Shown here: one piece after another, positions 1-9,200 of the stretch | Layout: every line of letters starts with the position of its first letter | Position numbering within the stretch: the stretch's first letter is position 1 | Source of the DNA: Myxococcota bacterium | Lineage (GTDB): Bacteria > Myxococcota_A > SURF-8 > G963663525 | Direction of reading: 5' to 3' | NCBI GenBank assembly: GCA_963676915.2 | Contig: CAXXVK010000059.1 | Location: 18,735-82,734, forward strand | Length of the DNA: 64,000 nucleotides | Translations under genes and position numbers: made by a program | The notes under the pieces: generated by a model | Database searches by the model: none | The model's input: only the letters and a program-made list of their open reading frames with translations | What the model was told of the DNA's origin: nothing

Positions 1-135
1 CGCCGAGGTCAGGCGATTGGCCAGAGCCTGGGTCACTTTCTCCGAGTCCGAACCGCTGGAGCAGGCAAAAGCGGCCAGTAGGGCCAGGATCAAAATCGAC
101 AAGATGGTTTTTCGATGGATGAAATTCGTTGTCAT
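1..135 (-). CDS. Lipoprotein, N-terminal part (runs off window)
   Basis: Read manually, not in ORF track: ATG at 135 after AAGGGGGG; MTTNFIHRKTILSILILALLAAFAC-SSGSDSEK is a signal peptide with lipobox Cys. Confidence 0.7.
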   Translation of the reverse strand, partial: MTTNFIHRKTILSILILALLAAFACSSGSDSEKVTQALANRLTSA

Positions 136-359
136 GATGTTCCCCCCTTTTCGGAGTTCGATGTTTTCTGTGCAATACCTTTTCAGTATAAATGATTTAT
201 CCCTTCGAATCAATTTCATGGTGGGAAGCTATTGCGAATTGTACCAAACAAGACGGAAATGTTCCGACTTCGCAGAATTGTTTCAAAAATCAAATGAATC
301 GTTCCAACCCTGCACACAAAGGGTTGTTGAATCGGGAACCGTCGGCGTACAATACGAGA

Positions 360-1073
360 ATGAAGAAGACGAAACCACTCGAACCGGCTCGTCCGTCCCG
401 AAAAGCCTTGGAACTAGCGATTTTCATCGCAGGATCGGCACTGGCCTGCCTGCCGGTCGCGCTTGTTCTTGCCGAAGGATGGTTTGCCGAAAATTCAGCG
501 GTTTCATGGACAACCTGCCTTGCCGGATCGTTCTGTTTGTTGTTTTTGTTTTTCATCACGTTCGCTCTTGCCCTTTTTTGGGAAAAAACGAAGGCTTCGT
601 GGGTGGCTTTGCTGGTATTGCTTGCCCTTGACATCGCTCTTTTGGCGGACAAAAGCGACCCACAGGACGTACGATTCGTGAACCAATCTTCACGAACTCT
701 TCACGGCGTGATTCTGGCGCTGGGAGGACATTTCGATGCGGAACGACGAATGGAACCCGGCGCGGAACACACGTTTCGACTGATCAAGGACTGGAAAAGC
801 CTGCTTTCCGGCGAACCGTTTCGCGTGATGCGAAGCACGGGCGGGCGGTACGCGTTGCTGGGAACTTGCGGGCACGTAGCGTTGTCGCATAAAATTTCGT
901 GGAAGATCGTTCTCAAACCGGACGGTACATTGCAATGCAACCGTCATGTAGAGGACCGGCGCTATGCTCCGTTCACGACCGAATGGCGTGCGGGAGACGA
1001 GACGAAAGCCATGCGGGAGATGCGCCGTGAATATGAGGCATCGCAAGTCCCCTTGTCGAAGGAAGACCGATGA
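360..1073 (+). CDS. Hypothetical membrane protein
   Basis: Three hydrophobic segments then a soluble domain; stop overlaps next start (ATGA at 1070-1073). Start chosen at MKKTK; ORF track starts at 192. Confidence 0.65.
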   Translation: MKKTKPLEPARPSRKALELAIFIAGSALACLPVALVLAEGWFAENSAVSWTTCLAGSFCLLFLFFITFALALFWEKTKASWVALLVLLALDIALLADKSDPQDVRFVNQSSRTLHGVILALGGHFDAERRMEPGAEHTFRLIKDWKSLLSGEPFRVMRSTGGRYALLGTCGHVALSHKISWKIVLKPDGTLQCNRHVEDRRYAPFTTEWRAGDETKAMREMRREYEASQVPLSKEDR

Positions 1074-2869
1074 TCGTCCTTAAGGTAGAACAGCGCAGCA
1101 ACCAAAACGGTCCGTTGGACGGTCATCCCGGCGACGTGCTGGACGATCACCAGGTCCGGCGGGAAATCGAGCTTGCGCAACCGGGGGACGAACTGGTTTT
1201 CGTTGGCGGCGAACCCACATTGAACCCCGATCTGCTCCGTTGGCTCCACCTATGTACCGATTCCGGTCATCCTACGGCGCTCGTCACGAACGGGATGCGT
1301 TTCGCCGATCCTGCCTATGCCCGTGCAGCAGCGACGATGGGATTGGACCGCGCCGTGGTTTCGTTGCATACCGCCTATGAAGAGAAAAACGACCTCCTCG
1401 TCCGAACGCCGGGAGCCTGGAAACTGGCGCTGCAAGGAATCCGAACGCTGTATTCCCTGCCGATCCCCGTTGCGGTTCGTTGTTCGCTGTGCCAGATCAA
1501 CCGCGACGACCTCCCCGGCCTGATTCGCTTGCTCAATGAAACATTCGATAAACCGCTGCCGTTGGTTGTGGAGATTTTCTCACCCGAGACAGGACATCCT
1601 TTCGAAAAAGAAGCCTTGTCGCTGCTGGAAACGGTGCAAGCGCTTGACGAAGCGACGGATCTTGCCGCCTCTCTGAACTTTCCCTTGCGCCTGTCCGACC
1701 GCGACGGTCCACCGCTGTGCCTGCTTCCGGGAAAAGAGCGCTTTTTCGACCGTTTCGACGCGATTCGAAACGATTTTTCCTTCCAGCCCGAAGAAGGATT
1801 TCAACAGGGACCGCCTTGTATGTCCTGCGTCTGGCGGGATCGATGCAGCGGTATCAAGGAAAACACGATTCGGCGTTTCGGTTGGGACGGTCTTCGGTCC
1901 GTCCTCGATGCACCGTCAGAGCCGGGCCGGGGTCGCGACCGTCCCGCTCGGGGATTCGAGTCTGCCGGGAGACGGCAAGTGCTTGATTTTTCATTAGGTT
2001 CCCACTGTGTAAATGATTGCCTGTTCTGTGTCGAAGGCGGAAAATCGCCTCGGCGGGAAATCCACGATGTGCAAACCGTGGAAACGATCATGCGCCAGGC
2101 GGATGATCCCTCGTGGGTGACTTTCGCCGGAGGGGAACCGACTCTCAATCCTTCGTTTTTCGACGTTCTTCAGCGTGCTCGCCGCCATGGCGCCAAGAGA
2201 ATATCCGTCGTTTCCAACGGCTGCCGGTTTGTCGAGTTGTCGTTTCTGCAAAAGGCGGTAGACAGCGGCCTGAGCGAGTTACGGCTCTCGGTACATGGCG
2301 TTTCCGCAGGAACGCACGATGCCTTGACCTGTCGCAAAGGCAGTTTCGAAGATCTTCGCCGCGCCTGCGCCAACGTGCGTTCGATTCGGCAAAACGGCGA
2401 AAAGCTGTCCTTGATCGTGCAAACCTGCGTCAATCGGGAAAACATGCGAGAGCTTGGAGCCATGCATGCTTTGCTGTCTCGCTGGGGTGTGAATCGCTGG
2501 TCGCTCAACGTGATCGAACCCGCCGGTTCGGCGATTCGCCATTTCGACGATCTCGTCCCGAAGATGAGCACGTTAGGCCCGTTGCTCGAAGAACAACTCG
2601 GCGAGGTCGAACCCGAGTCGGACCCTGAAATCCGTATCGACAGCCTGCCCGCCTGTGTGGCTCCGAACCTGCGGACGGCGTTCGGCCTGCGAACGACGAT
2701 AAGCAAACCCGGCTTGAACGGTGCGTTGGAAGTGGAAGAACCGCTGCGAGGAAAATCCTTCGGTCCCCCCTGTGAGACCTGTACCGAGCGGGGCAAACAC
2801 TGCGAAGGTGTCTGGAACGAATACATCCGCCGTTTCGGCTGGGAGGAGTTCGAGCCGCTCGAAGATTGA
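1070..2869 (+). CDS. Tandem radical SAM domain protein (HxsC-like); first domain lacks CX3CX2C
   Basis: Two repeats each with GGEP, (T/S)NG and a C-terminal CxxC-x5/6-C-x-G motif; CVNDCLFC only in the second. Confidence 0.85.
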   Translation: MIVLKVEQRSNQNGPLDGHPGDVLDDHQVRREIELAQPGDELVFVGGEPTLNPDLLRWLHLCTDSGHPTALVTNGMRFADPAYARAAATMGLDRAVVSLHTAYEEKNDLLVRTPGAWKLALQGIRTLYSLPIPVAVRCSLCQINRDDLPGLIRLLNETFDKPLPLVVEIFSPETGHPFEKEALSLLETVQALDEATDLAASLNFPLRLSDRDGPPLCLLPGKERFFDRFDAIRNDFSFQPEEGFQQGPPCMSCVWRDRCSGIKENTIRRFGWDGLRSVLDAPSEPGRGRDRPARGFESAGRRQVLDFSLGSHCVNDCLFCVEGGKSPRREIHDVQTVETIMRQADDPSWVTFAGGEPTLNPSFFDVLQRARRHGAKRISVVSNGCRFVELSFLQKAVDSGLSELRLSVHGVSAGTHDALTCRKGSFEDLRRACANVRSIRQNGEKLSLIVQTCVNRENMRELGAMHALLSRWGVNRWSLNVIEPAGSAIRHFDDLVPKMSTLGPLLEEQLGEVEPESDPEIRIDSLPACVAPNLRTAFGLRTTISKPGLNGALEVEEPLRGKSFGPPCETCTERGKHCEGVWNEYIRRFGWEEFEPLED

Positions 2870-2879
2870 CGAGAGTGAA

Positions 2880-3275
2880 TCAGGCCGCCCCACCGAAATG
2901 GTGAACGAAAAAACCGATTCCGGACCACAGAACGCCTTGCCAGACAACTAGTTGCAGTCCCCATCCACGAAACCAGATTCCTAAAATTCCTGTCCAGACC
3001 AAGGCCATCGCCGCGCAAAAACCGCCCCAGATCGGCCAATCGCCGCTCAAAGCCGGATACACGAAAAACGCCGGAATCGTGAAAACGAACGCCACGAACG
3101 ATGAGGTGAGAATTCCCAGAATCCACAAGCGCCGATCCGCCGTGTCACGGACCCACGGACCGAACTCCTTGCGTAAAAAGCTCAGAACCCAGTCCCGCAT
3201 CAATACGGAAGCCAGCGCCACAAGCGTCGCCGTTGCACCCGCCGCCGCAATGTTGTTCGACCAGGATGATTCCAC
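2880..3275 (-). CDS. Small membrane protein
   Basis: 131-aa ORF with about four hydrophobic segments; start uncertain. Confidence 0.6.
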   Translation of the reverse strand: MESSWSNNIAAAGATATLVALASVLMRDWVLSFLRKEFGPWVRDTADRRLWILGILTSSFVAFVFTIPAFFVYPALSGDWPIWGGFCAAMALVWTGILGIWFRGWGLQLVVWQGVLWSGIGFFVHHFGGAA

Positions 3276-3432
3276 GAGATTCCTTCGTTCCCTTCGTTGA
3301 GCTTTTCCAAGTGCTCATGATTATTTTAAGTATAATTCTAACATGAAAGCCCATTCGGGGCAAGGTTTGGATGGTACGGAAAACCTGGGATAGCAAAACG
3401 GAACATATCTTGAGAGGAAAAATGCAAACAGC

Positions 3433-4908
3433 TTACGGCAAGATTTTCCGCAATCTCCTGCGGTCTTCCTCATCGACTTCCCCCGTCACCCACAACACCA
3501 GCGGAAACGTCAGCCCGGCAGCGGCAAGACGAAGCCATACCCAAAGCACCGACGTACCGGGAATCGCCCAGGCAAGGGTCGTCGCTATCGCAAGCCCCAA
3601 CAAGACTCGCAATAACGTTTTGGCGGGAAACAGCGTCCCGAACTGGCGATAGATCGCGACAAATGCGGCAAGACAACCCAGGAAAAACGCGCCGGATGTG
3701 GCGACACCCGCGCCAAGCAGTTGCATTTGGGGAATCAGCAGGTAATTCAAGGAAACGCTGGCCGCCAACGTGATTCCGGCTATGGCGAGCGCGTACCAGG
3801 GCTTTCCGGCGGCATTGAGCATCGCCAGTACGACGCCCAGCAGGGTAAATGCGATATATCCCAACGCAAGCAGGCGCAGCACCGGGGCGGCATCAGCATA
3901 CGCGGGCGGAAACACCAGTTGCATCGCCAAAGCCGGAGCCGCCACGAAAGGCGTGGCAAACAAGGTCGAACCCACCAGCGCATAACGCAGCGACCCGGAA
4001 ACCGTACGGCGCAAACCTTCGATATCTTTCGAGAAAACAGCCGAAGAGACAAAAGGGAACATGACCAGTGTAATCGCCATGGTCGCTTGATAAGGAAGCC
4101 TCGCCAGGTTTACGGCAGCGGCATACAATCCGGCAAAGGCATAGTCTTCTCCCGAACCGAGCCGTCCCTTGACGAGAAAAAGATCCGCCTGAAGAATCAG
4201 GTTGAGAACGAGGGCATAGCACAACACGGGAAAGACAAATCGCAGAATCTCTCGCACACCGGGCGGTTCCGTTTTACCGTCAATTTTCGTGTCTTCGGGA
4301 GGTGTACGCAGCACTGCCAGAATGCTCAGTCCCAGGAAAAGAGCGACCGTTCCCACAAATCCGGCGACCGCACCCATCACGCCATACCCCAACGCAACGA
4401 GAAGCAGGATCGATCCGATTTTGACGGTGGCGAACCCGGCATCCAATCCAGCCTGAACGTGGAAGCGTTTCTGTCCGTTGACAATCCCGACGAACAGGGC
4501 ATAAAAGCTGTATCCCAACGTCACCGCCGATCCCAGCCGAAGGTACGGCGCAAGGCTGGGATCTCCCAGACGCCGAGAGACTTCCGGAGCAGCGACAATC
4601 AACCCAGCACAAAGCGTAAACCCTAGAAACGACTGAACTTTCACCATAGGACGCGCCACGAGCCAGGGTTGGCTTGGACAATGGCTGGCAAAGCGTGAGG
4701 CGGCTTGCAAAGCACCGGTGATCATCACCATGTTCAGCACGGCCAGCGTTCCCATCACGATCGAGAACTTCCCGTACAACCCTACGCCGTTGGATCCGAG
4801 CAGACGCGGCAGCACCAGCACCAATAAAGCGCCCATTCCAAGGAAATACCCCTTGGCCGCCGTGATATACAAGGCTCCCCGTCCGGCCTGTTTGGAAACG
4901 TCCGCCAT
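3433..4908 (-). CDS. Oligosaccharide flippase / polysaccharide biosynthesis transporter (Wzx/MOP superfamily)
   Basis: About 490 aa, 12-14 TM pattern, ADLFLVK..AGLYAAA..LARLP motif; start MADVSK at 4908. Confidence 0.85.
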   Translation of the reverse strand: MADVSKQAGRGALYITAAKGYFLGMGALLVLVLPRLLGSNGVGLYGKFSIVMGTLAVLNMVMITGALQAASRFASHCPSQPWLVARPMVKVQSFLGFTLCAGLIVAAPEVSRRLGDPSLAPYLRLGSAVTLGYSFYALFVGIVNGQKRFHVQAGLDAGFATVKIGSILLLVALGYGVMGAVAGFVGTVALFLGLSILAVLRTPPEDTKIDGKTEPPGVREILRFVFPVLCYALVLNLILQADLFLVKGRLGSGEDYAFAGLYAAAVNLARLPYQATMAITLVMFPFVSSAVFSKDIEGLRRTVSGSLRYALVGSTLFATPFVAAPALAMQLVFPPAYADAAPVLRLLALGYIAFTLLGVVLAMLNAAGKPWYALAIAGITLAASVSLNYLLIPQMQLLGAGVATSGAFFLGCLAAFVAIYRQFGTLFPAKTLLRVLLGLAIATTLAWAIPGTSVLWVWLRLAAAGLTFPLVLWVTGEVDEEDRRRLRKILP

Positions 4909-5254
4909 TTGTCGTCCTCGGTTCTTTGGATCGATTCCCGCACGAAACGACATCGTTATACACGGTTTTGCATGGATTGCGTGAATTATTTGTCGGAAAC
5001 GGGCAAGAAAGGGGCCGTTATCCATCGAATTGAAGCAAGACATCGCCGGAAAATCCATTCCCCTTACATGGTCGTCAGCTGACGGGAAAACCGGTCTGCA
5101 TGTCTAGCTTTTCCAACGCTTCGACCAATACTTTCACTTGACGCTTTTTTATGCGGCATGCGAATATGCTTTCATTTCGGACAGCAATGCCTGAGAGTTA
5201 TAAAATCTTTGCTTTTTTCCGAAGGATGTTGTAAAAACTCTGAAATTTTGAGAT

Positions 5255-5330
5255 GCCAACGTAGCTCAGTTGGTAGAGCAGCTGATTCGTAATCAGCAGG
5301 TCAGGAGTTCAAGTCTCCTCGTTGGCTCCA
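5255..5330 (+). tRNA. tRNA-Thr (anticodon CGT)
   Basis: GCCAACG..CGTTGGC acceptor stem, D arm AGCTCAGTTGGTAGAGC, anticodon arm GCTGA-TTCGTAA-TCAGC, GTTCAAGT T loop, CCA end; 76 nt. Confidence 0.97.
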
Positions 5331-5349
5331 GTAAATTCAAGCACTTACG
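5285..5349 (+). repeat. attL-like copy (tRNA 3' half plus start of terminator)
   Basis: 63/65 nt identical to 21973-22037 by manual alignment. Confidence 0.92.
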
Positions 5350-5372
5350 TTAAATCGTGAGTGCTTTTTTAT
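5339..5372 (+). terminator. Intrinsic terminator after tRNA-Thr
   Basis: AAGCACTTACG..CGTGAGTGCTT hairpin followed by a T run. Confidence 0.75.
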
Positions 5373-5377
5373 TGTCC

Positions 5378-5397
5378 GAGTAAGCAATGAGTAAGCA
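5378..5397 (+). promoter_or_regulatory. Putative integrase arm-type binding sites (GAGTAAGCA x2)
   Basis: Direct repeat with 11-bp period next to attL; a similar pair GGGCTAGCA x2 lies at 21821-21840. Confidence 0.6.
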
Positions 5398-5532
5398 TTT
5401 GACGAAAAGAAAATCAGTCGAAAAAGGCTATCGCCCATTTTCCCTATCGCTGAAATCGTGACTATTTCTTTTTTTGGGGAGGTGGCTACACAAGCACTCC
5501 GTCTGTGTTCGTAGTCCGTTTCAAAGCCTCAG

Positions 5533-5760
5533 TTAAAAACCTTCTACTTGGCTCTTTCGGCAGGTGTCCCCATTCAACCGATGGTCGTCTTGGGAACGGA
5601 AAGAATCCTTCCGCCGGGTTCGAGGCGGATTCACTCCGGTTCGGCCATATTGCGGTTCGGCAAGCCGATTGAACTCAAAGAAAACGAGACGGTCGAAAGC
5701 TTGATGGAACGCACAAGGAGTTCCATCCAAGAATTGATCGATCAAGGCGAAGCGGGATAA
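5533..5760 (+). pseudogene. C-terminal fragment of a lysophospholipid acyltransferase (PlsC-like)
   Basis: FYLALSAGVPIQPMVVLGTERILPPG..ILRFGKPI matches the PlsC C-terminus; no N-terminal HX4D part upstream. Confidence 0.7.
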
Positions 5761-5952
5761 TTACAAGGATCAACGCACGCGTATTGTATGCATTGCAAAA
5801 ATGTAAAGATTATATTTATAAAACTTTTCCAAACTGACTGTACGCCTTATATATTTATATCACGTTAATACTATGTCTCTCGAATTGGAGTGGAATCCGG
5901 CTAAATTTTCCCGTTTCACCACTCTGTTTTTGGAGTGGTGGCAGCGCTTCGG

Positions 5953-6263
5953 CTATGCAACCTTTTTTCTTTGTCTCGCCCTGCTTTTGAACTCCACAAT
6001 ATCAGCCATTGGCAAAGGGTATTTGATTCTGTACTTATTTGTTTGTGTGTGAATGGCGGATTTTCCGTCTGGCTGCTTTTCCCTTTTCACTTCAATGTAT
6101 TCCTTTTCTTCGAGTTCTTTGCAGGCATTACAAATGCCCTGGTCTTTCAAGCCGGTATAAAAATTGATTACACTGTACGCCGCTTCGAACCATTCTCCGG
6201 GTTTCACACCTTGATCCGTCATGATGTGCGATATTCCAGCCATGAATTTTAACTGATTGCCTT
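5953..6263 (-). pseudogene. Hypothetical (winged-HTH-like) ORF abutting or interrupted by IS5
   Basis: INFYTGLKDQGICNACKELEEKEYIEV pattern; the frame continues about 28 codons past the IS when the IS is removed. Confidence 0.45.
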
Positions 6264-6265
6264 TA

Positions 6266-7132
6266 GACAGTGTCGACACGAGAAAACGATTTATCTGGAC
6301 AAAATCCTCGGCTTCTCGATATATTTCTATTTACTAGAATATATCGAGAGGAATTACCATGGAAGCTGCCTACCATCGTCACGATATTTCCGATCACGTA
6401 TGGAATCTCCTGGAACCCCATCTACCTGGACGCTCCGGCGAGTGGGGAGGCGTGGCGGAAGACAATCGACGATTCATCAATGCTGTTTTCTGGATTCTGC
6501 GTACCGGTGCGCCGTGGCGTGACCTACCCCCGGATTACGGTGGCTGGAACAACACGAACCGTCGTTTTTGCCGATGGCGCGACAAGGGAATCTGGGAGAA
6601 ATTGCTTGAGATCCTCATTGACGATCCCGACTACGAATGGTTGATGATCGACGCCAGCCACGTCAAAGTGCATCCTGACGCCGCAGGAGCGAAGGGTGGC
6701 AATCAAGCGATGGGCCGTACAAAAGGGGGCTCAACAGTAAGATACATTTGGCCGTGGATGCGCATGGTAATCCAGTCCGAGCGATTGTTACAGAGGGTAC
6801 CCGAGCAGATTGCAAGGAAGCTTGCGCATTGATCGAAGGAATCGACGCCGAGTATTTATTGGCTGATCGCGGCTACGATACGAACGTGATCCTTGAAAAA
6901 GCCGAAAACGCGGAGATGGTGGCAGTCATTCCTCCGAAAAAGAATCGGAAAGTTCAACGACCATACGATAAAGAGCTTTATCGTGTTCGACATCTGGTCG
7001 AAAACGCTTTTCTGAAACTGAAACGATGGCGAGGAATCGCTACACGATACGCAAAAAACGCGGCATCTTTCCTCGCAGCCGTTCATATCAGATGTCTCGC
7101 TCTCTGGCTTGATATCTCGTGACGACACTGCC
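6266..7132 (+). mobile_element. IS5 family (IS427-like) insertion sequence, 867 bp
   Basis: 17-bp imperfect terminal inverted repeats GACAGTGTCGACACGAG / CTCGTGACGACACTGCC, TA on both flanks, two-ORF transposase. Confidence 0.9.
6359..7122 (+). CDS. IS5 family transposase (two ORFs joined by probable -1 frameshift)
   Basis: WILRTGAPWRDLP, IDAS, ADRGYD, YRVRHLVENAFLKLKRWRGIATRYAK; slippery AAAAGGGGG at 6721-6729. Confidence 0.92.
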
Positions 7133-7235
7133 TAGCAAAAATGTTGACAAATCGCCAGTTTTGGGTAACCTGTTTCCAGTGTAGCTTCCCCAGGTTCGAA
7201 GCCTTTTCACGACAAGGCTAAAAGCCGAAGGAATC

Positions 7236-7267
7236 CGCCCCACCTTCCGGTGGGGCGACCTTTTTTT
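7236..7267 (+). terminator. Strong intrinsic terminator
   Basis: GCCCCACC-TTCC-GGTGGGGC hairpin followed by GACC and T7. Confidence 0.7.
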
Positions 7268-7349
7268 AGAGTCCTGCCAAAGTTCAAATTACGATCGTAC
7301 TTGGTCATTCCGATAAATATACCTTCTACTTCTCTCTTGTCACAGTTTG

Positions 7350-7449
7350 TTCCACCATCCCCGCCCAGACCTCAAACTGAGCATCGAGCAACGCCCGTTC
7401 CAGGTCTTCCGTCTCCTCATCCCTAAGCGGACGTAGGGTGAGGGTTTCC
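7350..7449. repeat. 100-bp direct repeat, left copy
   Basis: 89/100 ungapped identity to 13987-14086 by manual alignment. Confidence 0.9.
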
Positions 7450-7899
7450 GTCGGCGGGATGAAATGATCCGAATACCGCCTCTTATAATGACCTACAGCA
7501 GCCGAAATCCCGGATGGCGGGTTTTGACCCTCACGATGACCTGATCGTTGCTTAGGCGAGCAATTTCGTGGTGGATGACTTTGAAACAAGATATCTGCGT
7601 TTCAATCAACAGATCGGGACTCTGAGTGTTTTCTGGCAGACCACAGGACCAAGTATCGAATATGAATAACAGCGACGTCCAAAGGTCAAAAAAAACAAAA
7701 AGGATACTTGTAGAAAAATGGAATTTGGCGTGAAATTATTGGGTGTTTTCACGCAAATACAAAACCTGATCGCTGTTTTTTTCCTTGAAGGAAATTGGTA
7801 CTCCATATTTGTTAAATCGAGTCATTGTGCTAAACTCGGTGCATATTTGACGCACAATGAACCGATTTCGCATCTTTTTGATAAGGAAGCTTTCGTACC

Positions 7900-8769
7900 A
7901 TGCAAACGATTTCGTGGTGGATCATCAAGGCAACATCGATCCTGGCAGTAACGTTCATTCTTATCGGGGGATTGCCCTCACTTCACGCCCAGCAAAAAAC
8001 CGAAGGCATCGTGGTCTGGCGTATCGAGGCCAAATCCGGCGTTTCACAAGAGGATGTCGAGTCGCTGTCTGGCTACTTGGATGCCGAGGTACAGCGCCTT
8101 TCGGGAATGCGTGTCTTGTCGCAGGCGGATATCGAAACGGTGTTGCGCGTCGAGGAAACACGGCAGAAATGCGACTCCACCAATACTGCCTGCATGGCGG
8201 AAATTGGCGCGGCACTGGGAGTACCGGAAGCTGTAAGTGGTGACTTGGGGCGTGTAGGGGATGTCTGGATTCTCAACTTGCGGCGGGTGAACCTGCGGGA
8301 GGTCGGAGTGCTCAAGCGTGCCAGCCGACAGGCCAAAGGGCGTTCGATCACCACGATGGTGGATGCTCTTCCCGGAGCCGTGGCGGAGCTTTTCGATAAA
8401 AAGACTGAAAAAAAGAGTCCTTACGAAATCGCCGCCTACTCGACGTTTTTTCCCGGTTTGGCGCTGGTGGCATTGGGAGGTGTCGGTACTTGGCAGATGA
8501 AGGATGCTTGGGACGAGTACAAGGCTGCGCCCATCGGTTCCCAAAAGGAAAAGGATGCCAAAGACTGCCATGCTACCTGGAAAGGCGTCTCCACGGCGGC
8601 GTATGTAGTTGGTGGCGCGGCCATGGTCACCGGCATTACGTTGTGGATCGTCGATGCCGTGAAAAAGAATCCGTCTACCGAGAAAAAAGCCGACGAGGCC
8701 ACGGAGGTCGGGTGGATCGTCGGACCTTCCGAAAATGGTATGACCCTGGGAGTCTGGGGGAGGTGGTGA
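7900..8769 (+). CDS. Secreted CsgG/DUF2380-like domain protein with C-terminal membrane segments ending GRW
   Basis: Signal peptide; C..AEIGAALGVPEAVSGDLGR motif; paralog of 54093-55127. Confidence 0.75.
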   Translation: MQTISWWIIKATSILAVTFILIGGLPSLHAQQKTEGIVVWRIEAKSGVSQEDVESLSGYLDAEVQRLSGMRVLSQADIETVLRVEETRQKCDSTNTACMAEIGAALGVPEAVSGDLGRVGDVWILNLRRVNLREVGVLKRASRQAKGRSITTMVDALPGAVAELFDKKTEKKSPYEIAAYSTFFPGLALVALGGVGTWQMKDAWDEYKAAPIGSQKEKDAKDCHATWKGVSTAAYVVGGAAMVTGITLWIVDAVKKNPSTEKKADEATEVGWIVGPSENGMTLGVWGRW

Positions 8770-8770
8770 G

Positions 8771-9199
8771 ATGAGAATCCTACTGATATTGAGTGCTTGG
8801 GGTCTTCTTCTACTCTCTGGTTGCGAGTTCTGGAACCTTTCGGACAAGCATTCTTCGTTTGATGGAGACGAAGACCAGGACATCGACCTCACAGATACTG
8901 ATATCGATCAGGTTGCGGACGAGGACGCCGTTTCGGAAACCGATGATTCGGCTGATGGGGACGAGGAAGACACGGTAGATGAAAACGACTCATCCGATAA
9001 CGAGGAAACCGACAACGATGCTGTGGCACCAGGCTTCACGTTGCGTAACGGAACCTTTGCGCCGGGAGCTGTTACCCATTCGACAAGTACAAGCTGGGGT
9101 GTTTATGGGGGAATCGTCTCCACGCCACGAGCCACGGATTCGAAAAGCACGAGTTTTACGGTCACAGGCAAGACCGTTTGGAATGCACCGGAGGAGTAA
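8771..9199 (+). CDS. Asp-rich lipoprotein
   Basis: LLSGC lipobox, acidic linker, short beta-rich C-terminus. Confidence 0.8.
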   Translation: MRILLILSAWGLLLLSGCEFWNLSDKHSSFDGDEDQDIDLTDTDIDQVADEDAVSETDDSADGDEEDTVDENDSSDNEETDNDAVAPGFTLRNGTFAPGAVTHSTSTSWGVYGGIVSTPRATDSKSTSFTVTGKTVWNAPEE

Positions 9200-9200
9200 A

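Noticed and set aside
17-631. 204-aa plus-strand ORF
   Set aside because: Overlaps a better supported minus-strand lipoprotein start and the 360-1073 gene.
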